This document shows positions 37,367 to 50,627 of a DNA stretch of 64,000 nucleotides, in pieces; positions within the stretch are counted from its first letter, which is position 1; the number at the start of each line of letters is the position of its first letter. This DNA comes from Podarcis bocagei (Eukaryota). The stretch lies in assembly GCA_964188305.1 (NCBI GenBank), contig OZ076885.1, one strand, 5' to 3'. Below the pieces are notes generated by a model. The model worked only from the letters and a program-made list of their open reading frames with translations, did not search any database and had not been told where the DNA came from. Both the position numbers and the translations under genes were made by a program.

Positions 37367-38932
37367 CAGTAAGCTAACAAATTCCACTCATTTCTCCTAA
37401 TTTGTTGCTTAAATAAATGTGGTTTGGTTCATGTTACTCTCCCATGATATACTACTTTTTCTCTCTCTCTTCAGTCTCAACTTGAGACACACAGTTCATT
37501 TCAAACTCAAAGGCCAAGATTCAAAAAAGGTAAATACGACACCTGAGAAACTCTGGAGCTTCACTTCCTGCTGTTAGTGCAGCTGATCCTGCTGCTGAAA
37601 GAGACCACCTGCTTTTCAGGTTGTCCTTATTAATCAGTGGACCTTCCATGGCTTGATGCAGAATTGGCTCAACATGTACAGACTTTCTCAGATAACTCTT
37701 CAGGATGGGGAGAATCTCACTCTCCACCCAAAAAACCCCTGTCTTCTAGCACATAATTCAGTGCCTTATTCATTGGCCCTGCTAACTTAAGTTTTGAGAG
37801 AGAGGTAAAAGGCCTCCAGGCGTTCATTTTAGAGCTCAGATAACTGTAGATTCCCCTGATCAAGATTGTGGATGCTCCCCATCCTGACTGAGCAGCTGCT
37901 TATACGCCTTCTATTAAGCCCTCTAATTTTAGTTTTTAGCTATTCTTTTACTACCTTATAGGGTAGTAACAACTTTGTTTGTTGATCATGTAACTAGAAG
38001 TTTTACTGAGGCCAGTAAAAAAACCCCAAACCCACTCAGGTAAACTTTGCAAAGAGTTGTTTAAAAGGGCAGGACTTATTTAAAAGGAACAAAAAAAAAA
38101 AAAAAGGAAATACTCTAGCAGGTACACTTTCCTCCCCCAAGACTTTATATTAAATGCATATGAGATGCATAGCATTTTGCTACCAGAGATAGGAGCTGAA
38201 CTAGAGCAGGACTCATAACTGCAGCCATATAGGCTGAGAGAAAGAACTGGGAATCACAGCTTACCCCTTCAGTAGCAAGAAACGCAAAGAACAAGTTGCA
38301 GTGAATTCACTCCTCTCCTACTTTTCATGAGGTTCTTTAGGAGGAATAATGCTGCTCCCAAGATGCAACTCCCTGTCTATGGGCTGTGCCTCAGAAAGCA
38401 TGATTCCTAGTTGTGCTGCAGAGCCAACACCTCCTCACACAAATAATGTTGGGCAGGGTGCACCTGGAAATGATTTCTTCGGCCTGTGGAGTCAAGTGTT
38501 AAGTTTATGAACCCAGAGAGAACATTTGGATAGATGGGTGGGTGGATGGATTGGACTCCTGTGAAAGGCTCATTACTATCTGAGGAGGGGAAGAGAGAGG
38601 GAGAAAACGGATTGTTTTAATTGATATATTGAAAAAATGAAACATGGCTGACTTACTTTTTAAAGAATGTTTTGATTGGCTGATATTTACTTTATGGGTC
38701 TGCTTCTTGACTAAGATACTGTAGAATGAATAAATGAATAAGGTCCTGACCCTTTTAGTGTGCACCCAGCTTCCCCCTGCCCACACCATCAGTGCTAAGC
38801 AATGCATCTACTGCATCTTTATTAATGAATGAGGGAATCCTTTCCTATGCATCATCTTGAAGCAATTTCTAAATAAACAAAACCATTTATTCCTTCAAAT
38901 AAAGCCTTCCACACATGAGATGCTATTCCCCC

Positions 38933-39839
38933 CAGTGGCGTAGCGTGGGGGTGCCAGGGGTGCCAGCCGCACCGGGCGCAACATTTGGGGGGGGCGCGTT
39001 TGGCCGGCCCTCCTTGAGGAAGCAGGAACCCCACTGTCCAGGCGGAGAGACCTCCTCCCGCCGCCAGCCTTCGGAAGGCTGCTCCGAAGCCTGGCGGTGG
39101 GGCAGAGAGCAGTGGCGTAGCGTGGGGGGTGCAGGGGGTGCACGCCGCCTGCCATGCCGCCCTGGCTGCTTCAACCGCGTCCGACAGCCGGCTCGAGGCT
39201 CCTTCCGGCCGGGTCTCCCGACGGGGCGCTGCGGGCGGAGGCTCCGGCACCAAGCGCCACGCCGCCCAGGCTCGGGTAGCTGTCTGGACGCGCGCAGCCC
39301 GCCCCGCACCATCGGCGGCGCTCTAGTGCCTGCGCGCCAAGACCGCCCACCCGCCCCGACGGGGCGCCCCCTCACCCGCGCCGGAGGCCGGCCGACGCAC
39401 TGGCCCCAGAGCCGCCCCCTCCCCGCGCCAGAAAGAAGCCCCCTCCCCGCGCCAGAAAGAAGCTGCATCGGGACTAGCCGGGCCGGGGAGGGAGACTGAG
39501 AAGGCTGCGCCGCGACGCCCAAAGATGCGCGTCTTGGCGCAAAGGGGCCTGCGGCACCCAGACGCGGAAGGGACCCTCTCCCCCTGACTCGCCACTGAAC
39601 TGCAATTTCCAGCTCCCTTGGCAAATCCCAGTCCCCAATCCCCAAGATGCTTTATTTGAGGCAGGGGTCCTTTAATTGCAAAAACAACACCACGGAGGGC
39701 AGTAGTCACCACGACGTTTGCCCCAGAGTAGAGCCGTCAGTATTAATGACCATGGTTAGGGTTACTTGGCTTGCCCCGGGTTTGGGGGCGCAAATTACTT
39801 GCCTTGCCCCGGGTGCTGATAACCCACGCTACGCCGCTG
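38933..39839. mobile_element. GC/CpG-rich non-autonomous hAT element (907 bp)
   Basis: TIRs CAGTGGCGTAGCGTGGG...CCCACGCTACGCCGCTG and an exact 8-bp TSD ATTCCCCC (38925-38932 and 39840-39847). Confidence 0.9.
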
Positions 39840-41136
39840 ATTCCCCCCCATGGCTGCTGTGTGTGTTTCTGTGTGAATACCACAAACTTGGGAGAGGGAA
39901 TTATGTGGGTCATTATCAACCAATGAGATCCCTGCCAGGATGTCTGTGTGCTTAATATCAAAGAATGCTGCTAAACAGATGGGTGAAATTCCACATGCTC
40001 AATCCTTCCGCTGGGTAAAATGTCTGATTGTTCAAAAACTGCTGAAGATTGAGAGAGGGTCTTTTAGCCCTCGAGACGATGATTGATGGATGGAACCCTT
40101 ATTTCAGCCAGTGGTAGTTAACAGCTAAAGTGCCATGGTATAAAATTTAATGAGGTGGAACCAAAGTTCAAATTGAGAATATTGAGTTTGGTGGGGGTTC
40201 CTCAAGGCCAGGCACACAGGAAAAACAGCTTTGTTTTTCCCCCTCTTGACTTTTCAAGGTGGTAGAGATTGATAATTTTGGACTCCTCCTTCAATCATAC
40301 ACAATCCAATTCTGCTGAAGTACTTCTTGTGGTCTGCTAATGTCCTTAATGGATAATTTACAGAGGCTGTAGCACAGCACAGGAATGCAAGTGCTAAATA
40401 ATTTCTTTGCAGCTACTTCTTTTTTTAACAATTCTTTTGTAAAGTTTACACAAGTGTCTTTGTGGACTGGTTGCTCTGCAGTTCACTACAGAGAAAGTGA
40501 ACAGGGCTCCAAAATAACTGCTCTAAAACCCAGTAAGATTTAATTTAAAAGAAGAAGAACAAAAGGCTAGACTTTCAGTAGCTTGTTTTCTTTGATATTC
40601 CATATCTCTGAACTTTTACTCTTCCTGCAGTATTTCAGAGGCGGTTTTTCTTTCTATCTAAGAATGTTTTCCTATTTATGGTTCCAAATGATGACACCAG
40701 GTCAGAACTTTCATATCACTCACATCAGTAGAGAATGCATTTTAGTGGAAGCATTTTGCATAAGGATTATCTAGTGATGAAATCAGTTCTGTTCCTGCAG
40801 AAGGCAAGATGGATCCGTGCCCCAACCTTGCTGGATTCTTTCAGCAATCAGCTATCATTTGGCTCTTTCCCTCCCTGAACTGTTTCCATCCAAGCTGATC
40901 ATTATTAAGAACTGCCATGTAGCTTTGATAGTTTGGGCTTGTTTGCTGCTCCCACCTCCCACATCCCTTTTTGCAACGTATCTTCTAAATTGTCGTCCTG
41001 TGGGGAGGGACTGTCAGTGTGTACAACACTTGGCAAATTCATGCTCTTTATTATTTATTAAGTTTAACAACCAAAAATTTGAATTAATTCTAAGTGTTCT
41101 AAACTCAAGATGCCATTGTAAAATGTTTTCTGTATA

Positions 41137-41360
41137 CAGTGGTACCTCTGGTTACGAACATAATTCGTTCCGTAGCTCCGTTCTTAAGCTGAAGCCGTTC
41201 TTATCCTGAGGCATGCTTTTGCTAATGGTGCCTCTGGCACGCGTCTTCTGCTCGCATCCTGGGGCAAAGTTTGCAACCAGGAGCAACTACTTCCGGGTTA
41301 GCGGAGCTCGTAACCTGAAGCGTGCATAACCAGAAGCGTTCGTAACCAGAGGTACCACTG
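41137..41360. mobile_element. Tigger/pogo-like MITE, diverged subfamily of copies A and C
   Basis: TIRs CAGTGGTACCTCTGGTTACGAAC...GTTCGTAACCAGAGGTACCACTG. Confidence 0.88.
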
Positions 41361-44300
41361 TGTACATAAGCATGTGTTGGAAAGATGCATGTCTTATATA
41401 GATACAGAAGAAGCTGGCTCATTAGGGTGAATGGCCACTGCCCTATTAACCTTCATGTACCCTCGAGCAGCTTTCTTTCTTTCTTAAAACCAGTCATGGG
41501 GTGTCTGTGCCTGCCACTGGCTCTGGCTCCACCTACTACTTGGTTTCCCTGTCTTCAGCTTTACAGATCCAATGGGCACCAGCCATCATAGTACAGATCA
41601 TACGTCATAGTACTCTCTAGTGAGACTGAATTAGGTTTGGTTCCCTGAAGTTGGTGACAACCATGAGTTTTGTCACAGCCATGTTATATATTAAACAGCC
41701 CTCACAGTCAAGTGTGGGTTGATCTCCTGGAAATCCCCTTGTGCCTTCTACCAGGTCCCTGCAAATCCTAAGACGTATCGAGGCTCCACGGTTAGCTTGG
41801 CCAAGAAGCACTGTATTTATGATGTATAATACTTAACAGAAATAAAGCAACAGCACAGTCATTGTCAGGGAACAGAAGATTTGCAATACGCCCCATGCAG
41901 AACCCAACCTTTAAGTCATTTGGCAACAACATCCTTTTCTGTGTAAGCAGAGATTTGTCATCTTTAGTTGACTACTTTCTAAGCTATTCTTTTCCCGACT
42001 GAAATGTTATCCTTTTTAAAAGAACACTTAGGAAGGGGGGAGAAATTAAAAACCTGCCCTTTTTCATTCCTTTCCAAAATCAATGTTCAGATAGTTATTC
42101 ACTTCCATTTTCATAACAAAAGTCAATATTTGCTCCTGCAGAGATTTATTTCCTTGAATCAATAAGCTGATGTGTGGTGGTACATATTTTAATGGGAGAA
42201 AGGCCAAGTGCTCCTGCAGGAGACTTCTATTATTACAGGCTCCTGTGGTAGCTAGAAAGCCAGTCCGTGAAAAGAGGAGGGAAAGGCTGGACAGAGGTGG
42301 GTGGGTGGGTGGGTGGGTGTGGGTATAGGTATGGGTGTAAACCAGAGGCACTTCAAGGTTTGAGAATGCACCCGAGCCAGGGGTCCTCTGCAAAAGGGCC
42401 TACACTGCTCTGGTCATTTCTCCACCACCGTTGCCCTGGCCCACTGCTTTCTCCTACCTCCACTTCTATGATGGTGTCCCCCTTTCTGCTGCCTCACATT
42501 TTAAACCTTTTGGTCAGCAGGGCCGTTCTTATTTCCTCTCTCCTGCCTCCACTGCTGCTGCTACTCTACTTGTGTTTTCTTAAAAAACCTTTTTGACCAA
42601 CCAAGTGGCTAGTGCTGTGTATCACTTTACTGGCTGAACTTCCAGCAGCCTGCCATTTGCAGCTGGAAGTTGATAAGCTACTGGAACCTGGGTTGCACAG
42701 TGATTTGCTTCATAAGGCACAGTGCAGTTTCCTCCTCCGCCCACAATCAACTGCTCCTCACTTTATAGTATCATCTGGGGAGTGGAGAGCGTAGTGTGTT
42801 TTTGCTCAGCTACCCACCCAAGTACAGGGACTGTGGGGGCCTGAACTTTGGCCCTGAAGTCTGCATGTAATGGAGTCATTTAAGCGAAGTGAAGCTGAGT
42901 ATGTAGTTAATTCTTTGCTGTTTGCTCATTTGAGTTTGAATAATCACTAGCAGAGGCTTGCTCGAATTGCTAGACCAGGAAGGAAATCTGGTTGAAGAGT
43001 CGAGGTGTAAAACCCTGCGACTAAAGATGTAAGACAAAAAGAAATATTGATTATACTGTACTGTATAATATCTCTTTTTTAAAGTGCTGAAGATGAGTAC
43101 TCCTCAGGATTGACAAGCCGTTGTAATAACACACTGACCCATTTCTGAGATCACACATGACCCCATTAGACTCCTGGCCACTACCCAATTCTGACTTCAT
43201 GGCAGAGGCCACCACCCATGGATAGGTGCCGTGTGCAATTTCCCTCTTTCAAAAAAATACTCCAGGTGTTCTGTTGAACAATTCTGAAAAGGAAATAGCA
43301 CTGCACAAGAGTTAAAAAACAACAACCCTAAAGCTAGTCTATATTTATTTGTAATTTCTAACACACTCAAAATCACTTTTAAATTTTGTATTTACCTTGT
43401 ATTATCATTTCATTCCACGCTCCTCCACATTTTTACTCCAACACACCTTCAGAAGACAACTGATTTATACATAGTTGGCTGTGGGATGGTCAAACTATAA
43501 AACTGAATGCTAAAATCTGGAGGTTAATCTGACAGACAAGGATTTCGTAAGGATTCCTTAAAAAGGGAGGGAATAATTGCAATGTGTTGATGGATCTGAC
43601 CGCTTTAACTTGCTTTATTATGATGTACCAAGCAAGTGATGACCATAGAGTTGCAGTAAGGCCAGAACTGAATAGTTTTGGCAACTATGAGGCCTCACCC
43701 CCATTCCACTTCATTGGTAGCTGTTTTCAGGGTTAAGGAAAGATGGATTATGACCATGTCATATACAATTACTAGAGCCCTATTCCGGGATCCAGTCTTG
43801 TGTGTAAAACAAAACATGAGAATAAGGGTTGATGTGTTGCCAAGACTAACCCACTCTCTCAATAGTTTTGAGCCCTCCACAAGTATGAAGACAAAGGTTT
43901 GACATGAGGAGAAATGTCTACTTGAGGCTCCCCACACTATTTTGAACCCTGAACAATCAGGATTATTAATCTTGTGGCCAAGGTCCATGAGTACAAGAGG
44001 CTGCCTCCCTCAGGCCCTTGCCCTCACACTTGTGTAGAGTTGACATGCCAGAGAGGGTGGGGCTTGGCAGAACACCTAATTTCTCTTCACATGCTTGTTT
44101 GCAAGTGAGGGGATTCAGCACCCAAATCAGGTTTATATTATCAGAGAAAGTGGGGGGTATAAAGAGGCTGCTTTTGACAGAAGACATAAATGTAATAAAA
44201 TAGCTAGTTCTGGCCTCAGACTCAAATGTATATTGCCACTTGGAATACAGATTGAGTGTTTTAACCACCAGTTATATCAGCTGTCAGTGATACAAGGGAT

Positions 44301-45337
44301 CATGTAGATACAAGTGCATTTAAATAATATGAAGCACTCAGATACTATAACAACACGGGCCAAAGACGTCTCACAGTTGCATCTATAAATCACTCTAGAA
44401 CAGAAAGCTGTGTTTTACTGCTCTCCTGGAATATGTTTCGCTTGAAGAAGTCATGATATGAATAGTGCTGAAAATGGTTCTCCAACTTATTCTTGCAAAT
44501 CCCACAGAGGCAAGGACTTACTAGCTGCAATTTTCAGATAAGGCACTGAGGAACTGACAGTTTAATGTTCACATTTCAAGAAACTCAACATCTCCTTTTG
44601 AATCTAACAACGTGAATGACGATGGGTGTTTTTTTTTTAGAAGCTACAATAAACCATCTATTTTGAACACAAAGAAGTGGGTAATCTTTTTGATTTTTTT
44701 TTAAAAAAACACAGCATAGCTGGTTTGCTTTCATTCTTACCACATCAGCTACTGTTCAAATTATATCAGCCATTGGTTCTAATCCAAGGCCCAGGTATAA
44801 ACAGTGTACACACACACACACACGTAGGGAGGGGATTCCCCAGTCTCTTCACTGTCATTACACATGTATAGTGTCTTCAGTGATGAAAATGAATGGAGAA
44901 GCCCCTGGAGCACCTTCTGTGGATAAAAGTAGTCGTCTTAAATTTTCAGTGCTCTTCAGTTGGTTTATTTCCACTTAAGAGTTCCACAAAAAAGAAAAAA
45001 GTATACTTGTCACTTCTCCCGCAACAGCTTTATTCATACAAGGTGCCCATCCCTTATTTTCACCAATTCCCCCATCCCACTGATGCTCCTATATCACAAC
45101 CCGTGTCTTTCCTGAGTGCTTCATATTATTTAAATTAAAACTGGAAATTGTAGAAGGCACAAAAAGTATACATTTCCCACACAAGGGGACTTTTCGGCGG
45201 GGACAGGGCAGAAGCTACATAAATCCCCATTTGTTGTGCAAAGTTTTAAGAGTCCAGATTCATACTGGACATGAGGCAATGGTTTGACTTGCTCTCCCAG
45301 ACATTGCATACTCCAAATATAGGCTTGGTGAATAAGG

Positions 45338-45583
45338 TAGGATTGCCATATTTCAAAGAGTAAAAACCAGGACACCCCAAGCTTCTTTTTAGGAAAATCT
45401 GAAAGTTGTTGAGCTCCCCCCCCCAAAAAAAAAACCCCTCCAGAAAACCCAAAAATGTTCAGTTTACTTGACTTGAGAGCCATGACATACCAATGCCTTC
45501 CAGAAATGCCCCCCCCCCCGATGTCACTTCCGCTTTTGAAAACCCGGTATTGTTCAGGTAATTCCAGACATATGGCAGCCCTA
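45338..45583. mobile_element. hAT-like MITE with TAGGGTTGCCA-type termini
   Basis: TAGGATTGCCATAT...ATATGGCAGCCCTA. No clear TSD. Confidence 0.6.
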
Positions 45584-46316
45584 GTTTTACAAATAAAGCA
45601 CTGCTAGGAGTAGCTTCTTTTCATTTTCCAATGTCATTTCCCCCCCTTAAAAAAGTCTTTTTAAAAAAAAAAATTGTTGAATTTGTTTACTCCTCACTTT
45701 ATCATTTATTCTTCCACCAAGGCCATAAAAACTATGAGGGAAATTTATTTCTGTTTCACCCCTGAATTGGTAACCCAAAAGAAACCTATTTCTGTGGAAA
45801 TATTGCTGACATTTGACTGCCTTGAAGGCAAACAAATGTGTATATATTTGCAGCCAGTTCCTCTTTCCATTGGCCTTCTGGGATACCGATTGTGAAAAAT
45901 ATTTATTCATTTTCTATTTAATATATATTCAGTGGGGAGCAGTGGAAACAAAAGCTGCTAATGTAGTATGTAAATCAAATGATTTTAATCCACTTAATAT
46001 GGTGACGCTTTGCTGTTGTTGATTAACACCTCCCAATTATCAGGGGAATAGCAAAGCAGTTGGAGTAAGATTAGCAAAGTCCCTATACAAATAAATGGTT
46101 TGATGTTTTCAGGCCACTTTAACATCATCACAACCAGACTATGCACTTGTACAATACAAGATCTCAGAGTGGCAAAATTCACAGGTCTTGGAGGTGCATC
46201 CTTCCTTCTCTTTTGCATCTCACCCTTGATTTCTTGATTTTTATGAAAAGTTAGCAGAACATTTCTTCCCAAGGACGTTGCTGGAGAGGGATTTATTATT
46301 TTTCATATGGTAAACA

Positions 46317-46366
<50 letters not shown>

Positions 46367-46384
46367 TAATAATAATAATAATAA
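46317..46384. repeat. (AAT)n microsatellite
   Basis: Directly visible, with one AAC interruption. Confidence 0.95.
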
Positions 46385-47429
46385 ATTTCAAAGAAACTTC
46401 TCATTTAGACAATAAAGGCTATAGGCAGTGCAGATAATGTTTTTATTTTTGCAACCAATGTTACAAAAGCCATATTGAAATCAGAGTATGTTTCAAATTT
46501 ACGTTCTTTTTCAGGGGAGTTGTGAAATTATAATAAAAAAAACCTGCTAAACAGCCAGAAAATCATCTGCTTATAAAACTTCTAACCACCACTGTGATAA
46601 AGCATCAAGAAAAATATACATATAAAAATATATGGCATGAATGCAAGTTATCAAAAGTTCTAATGAAAAGTAATTATTAATAATTGTTTACACCTATATG
46701 TCCATTGCCGGGGGGGGACGGGACTAAACACACAAAAATGTTTAAAATGTGAAATTTATTTCCAGTTGCATGCCATTTTCCTCCCCTCCCCCAATTCAAT
46801 TTAGCTATTCATTGTCCAAAACACCTTTTTCTATAAAGAACAAAGTTTTCTAACCAATAGGCAAAAAAAGAAGATTTCATTTGAACCAGAGCATGTCACA
46901 AAATATCCCTAACCACTGCTGCTACCTGATTAACCAGGGGGTAAATTCAGAAGCATCTGTATGGTAAAATCATGCATTAATGAGTACTTCATTCATCGCT
47001 ACATACCTTAGACCACTTCCTCTCCTTTTGTACCATCGTGCAATTAACCAAGAACAGCTTTCTGACGGTATCATTCGTGTGCTCAGTTTGAAGAGCAAGA
47101 CGGAAAACTCTTTCCCTAGAGGTCTGTGAAATTCCAGGGCTGAATGCTTTCCAGAAGAACTGTAAAAAATTCTTTTCAGGTTGGCGTTCAACAACTAGGG
47201 TTGAACAGGCATCTGATAAAATGTAATTGGGTATTTTGTCAATATACTCCTCTTTTTCTTTTTAGCTGCTGATACTTGCTAAAGGACCTTGAGAAGGAAT
47301 AGGATAGAAAATGAACTAAATAAATAATATTTAGATCGCCTTGCCCCATATAGGTCTACTCGATCAGCAGAACTGGCATGGTTACAGGTGCTGCATAATA
47401 TTCATTCCACATTTGGAATAAATCAGTCT

Positions 47430-47680
47430 TTTAGTGTGGAATGCCCTGCCTATTGACATCAGACAGGCACATTCATTGTATTTTTTCCAGTTCTTGCTAA
47501 AAACATTTCCCAGATATGTAGAATGTTTGCATGTGTTTTAATCTGTTTTTAGCTTATCACTGATTTTAATTTTATTTGAATTTTAAAATAGTTGTTTCTA
47601 CTGATAATTGCATTCCTTTTGTAAACCACCTTGTGTTTTTTGAGGGTGTTTTTTACAATCAAGCAGTATATAAATTTAGG
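47430..47680 (+). mobile_element. Degenerate L2 3' end
   Basis: TGTGGAATGCCCTGCC (LWNALP-like), then a T-rich UTR and GTAAACCACCTTG...GCAGTATATAAAT. Confidence 0.5.
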
Positions 47681-48876
47681 CAGTATATAGCTTACAAACT
47701 TTTCTCAAATTAAAAGAGAGTGAGAATCTTAAGCATTAAATCGTAACATAAAGAAGCAAATAACTATTTTGAGGAAATGATGCAATGGCTCAGAAACACT
47801 AGGAGTCTCTTTTTTAATGCAAAGTTCACTTCTGGGTTTTAATATTTGTGCACTAAATCTTGGCTGTACCACTTGTAAATTTTGACCTGGGTATTTTTGC
47901 TTACTCACACATCTGTGTTACCTGTGAGATGGCCAAGGGTGAATTCAAGTGACAGTAAAGTCAGCAGTGGCCGCTTAAAAACTGCTGGGTGATGGCTCTA
48001 ATTGCATGATGAAATGCAATTATTTGTCACATCTGGTTACATGAAACCCAGCATCACTGCTTCCCTGTTGTGGGATCTTAGCAAAACTGGTTAACTTTTC
48101 CATGTGGAAAGTTGCTAAATGGGTGTTAAATGATGTTTGGATCCACCATGAAGTGCTGTGTGAAATAGAAATAGATTAAAATTGAGTTGTTTTCAGTGAT
48201 GCAGCCCAGAATTCCAAGGCCAGCTTCAATGCATGTGAAGTACAAACCTAAATTGGCTTTTAAAAAACGGGACCTAATGATGTGAATTATAGTCAGTGCT
48301 CTTTCTTTTCTTTTTTTAATAGAAAAATGGTTCTGGAACTCACCATAAAGTTGTTATAATAAGTGCCACACTTTTAACATTTGTGGAGGTGGGGTGTGTG
48401 TGAAAGTGCTGGTACTGTGTACCCTTGAGTACCCCCAGAAAAAAGGACTGATTACAGTAATTCTTAAACATTATAAAAGGATTTCTTGGTCCCAGTGATA
48501 AAAAACCACGGGTATGTACTTTGCTCAAATCAACAAGAGGCTGAGCAGGATTTACTACACACCAACTGGATATCTTAAGAGCTACAGTGTTAATTAGATA
48601 AGTAGCAGCCTTCCCTATAGTGGCTTTTTTAAAAAGAGAGAGAGACAGAGAAAGAGAAAGGCAGCTATTTAAAAATGATGGTAATTGCTGGTTGCTTCTG
48701 ATCTCTTGGGCACATGCTTATATAAGTTCAGTTTGAGTGAGCTTATCTTTATTGTGTAAATAATATTTCTTAAGTCTGGGGACATGCCATGTGCTAGCAT
48801 TCGTCTTAATGTTAACACTCAAATGATAGTTGGTGGCTTGTACATTTCTGTTGCTGGGATCATTTGGTCTGCTACT

Positions 48877-49045
48877 CAGTGGCGTAGCGTGGGGGGTGCA
48901 GGGGGGGCCGGCCGCACCGGGCGCAACATCTGGGGGTTAGGGTTAGGGGGCGCAAATCCACGGGTTAGGGGGCGCAAATCCACGGGTTAGGAGGCGCAAA
49001 TTACTTGCCTTGCCCCGGGTGCTGACAACCCACGCTACGCCACTG
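48877..49045. mobile_element. Minimal hAT MITE (169 bp), same family as 38933-39839
   Basis: Perfect TIRs CAGTGGCGTAGCGTGGG...CCCACGCTACGCCACTG and an exact 8-bp TSD CTGCTACT. Confidence 0.92.
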
Positions 49046-50055
49046 CTGCTACTGTCGGTAAGTGGAGTTGGGCAAAGCTATCTTGTGGCTCAAAAATAAG
49101 CCATTTTCATGCAAAATATATTTTTAAAATGTAATGGCTGACTTCCCTGCCATGCCAAATTTTAATCCATTACTGCTCCCACCCTCTGATATCCAAAAAG
49201 AAGAGGACTTTCCTGGACACAGGAAATATTCACAACCATGTACTGAGGGGCCTTGCAAGCCTCCATAGTTTCTTCCTGTTGGTGGCTACCATTTGTGCAG
49301 ACAGTACAGATTGTTTGTTCAGACAGTAGTGAAAGCCTTTGGCAGCCAGGAAAGCATGCATGTCTTCATAGATTCTGACTGTCAAAGACTCTGATTGTAC
49401 TGCCATGAGAGGTCACTGCTGGCTGCATGAATCTTTTGACAGGCAGACATGAACAATCTAGGACAATCCTTGCCAGGCTAGCAAAGGTTTGCTACAAAGG
49501 TTTCCACAGCCTCCACAGTTCAGATGATTCACATGAATGGCTAAGGAAGCACCTTGACCTCAGGCTTCAAGAAATCTTGAGCATGCAGCACCTTCCAGGA
49601 CTTCACCAGCAATTCTACTTCTTAATAGTAGTAGAACATACAGTAGCTATTTCATCAACTGGTAGTGTTATTAGTGCACTTTCTCTTGCTTGATTTGTTA
49701 GGTTTCTGGCCAGGGGATGTTACCTCCTGTTTCTCTGCTTGAGGCAAAACAAAAAGTGCCACCACCTATCTTCTCCTGCTGATGCCAGCCCTTCACCAGA
49801 TCTCATTTTATTTTTCCTTCTAATATGAATCTTCCCTTCATAGAGAAAGGTGTAGGATAAGAGTGCACAACATCTTTCCTCTTGATGTTGTTGGACATGC
49901 TGACTGAGGCTGATGGGAGCTGGAATCCAGCAACACCTGAAGGACATCACACTACCTAGCCCTACTATGGGAAATAATAACAAGTATGGACTCAGCCTAA
50001 ATAATGCTGCTAGTTGTTCATAAGCTGGTTATTGAGAGACTTGAAGGGGTTATAA

Positions 50056-50413
50056 GGGACGCGGGTGGCGCTGTGGGTAAAACCTCAGCGCCTAGGGCTT
50101 GCTGATCGCATGGTCGGCAGTTCGAATCCCCGCGGCGGGGTGAGCTCCCGTCTTTCGGTCCCAGCTCCTGCCCACCTAGCAGTTCGAAAGCACCCCTAAG
50201 TGCAAGTAGATAAATAGGTACCGCTTTATAGCGGGAAGGTAAACAGCGTTTCCGTGTGCTGCGCTGGTGCTGGCTCGCCAGAGCAGCTTTGTCACGCTAG
50301 CCACGTGACACGGAAGTGTCTCCGGACAGCGCTGGCCCCCAGCCTCTTAAGTGAGATGGGCGCACAACCCTAGAGTCAGACACGACTGGCCTGTACGGGC
50401 AGGGGTACCTTTT
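50056..50413 (+). mobile_element. Full-length Sauria SINE
   Basis: Head GGGACGCGGGTGGCGCTGTGGG (A box) and AGTTCGAATCC (B box), core AGATAAATAGGTACCGC, BovB-like tail GTCAGACACGACTG ending in ACCTTT. Confidence 0.92.
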
Positions 50414-50595
50414 TATGGACTCAGCCTAAATAATGCTGCTAGTTGTTCATAAGCTGGTTATTGAGAGACTTTAAGGGGTTATAATGCCGCTGGGAAAATT
50501 AAGAGATGGGCTGAGGAAGGGTTTACAAAGAGTGTATAAGGAGACTGACTGAGCTTTTCCTCAGTTGGGTTGCACGCTTCTCTGAGCTTTTGCTT

Positions 50596-50627
<32 letters not shown>

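Noticed and set aside
38852-39961. Overlapping long ORFs (194 aa, 240 aa and others)
   Set aside because: They lie in a GC-rich hAT element where stop codons are rare. The translations are low-complexity R/P/G/A with no transposase motifs.
48931-48995. Interstitial telomere from a chromosome fusion
   Set aside because: Only a few TTAGGG motifs, all internal to a TSD-flanked MITE.
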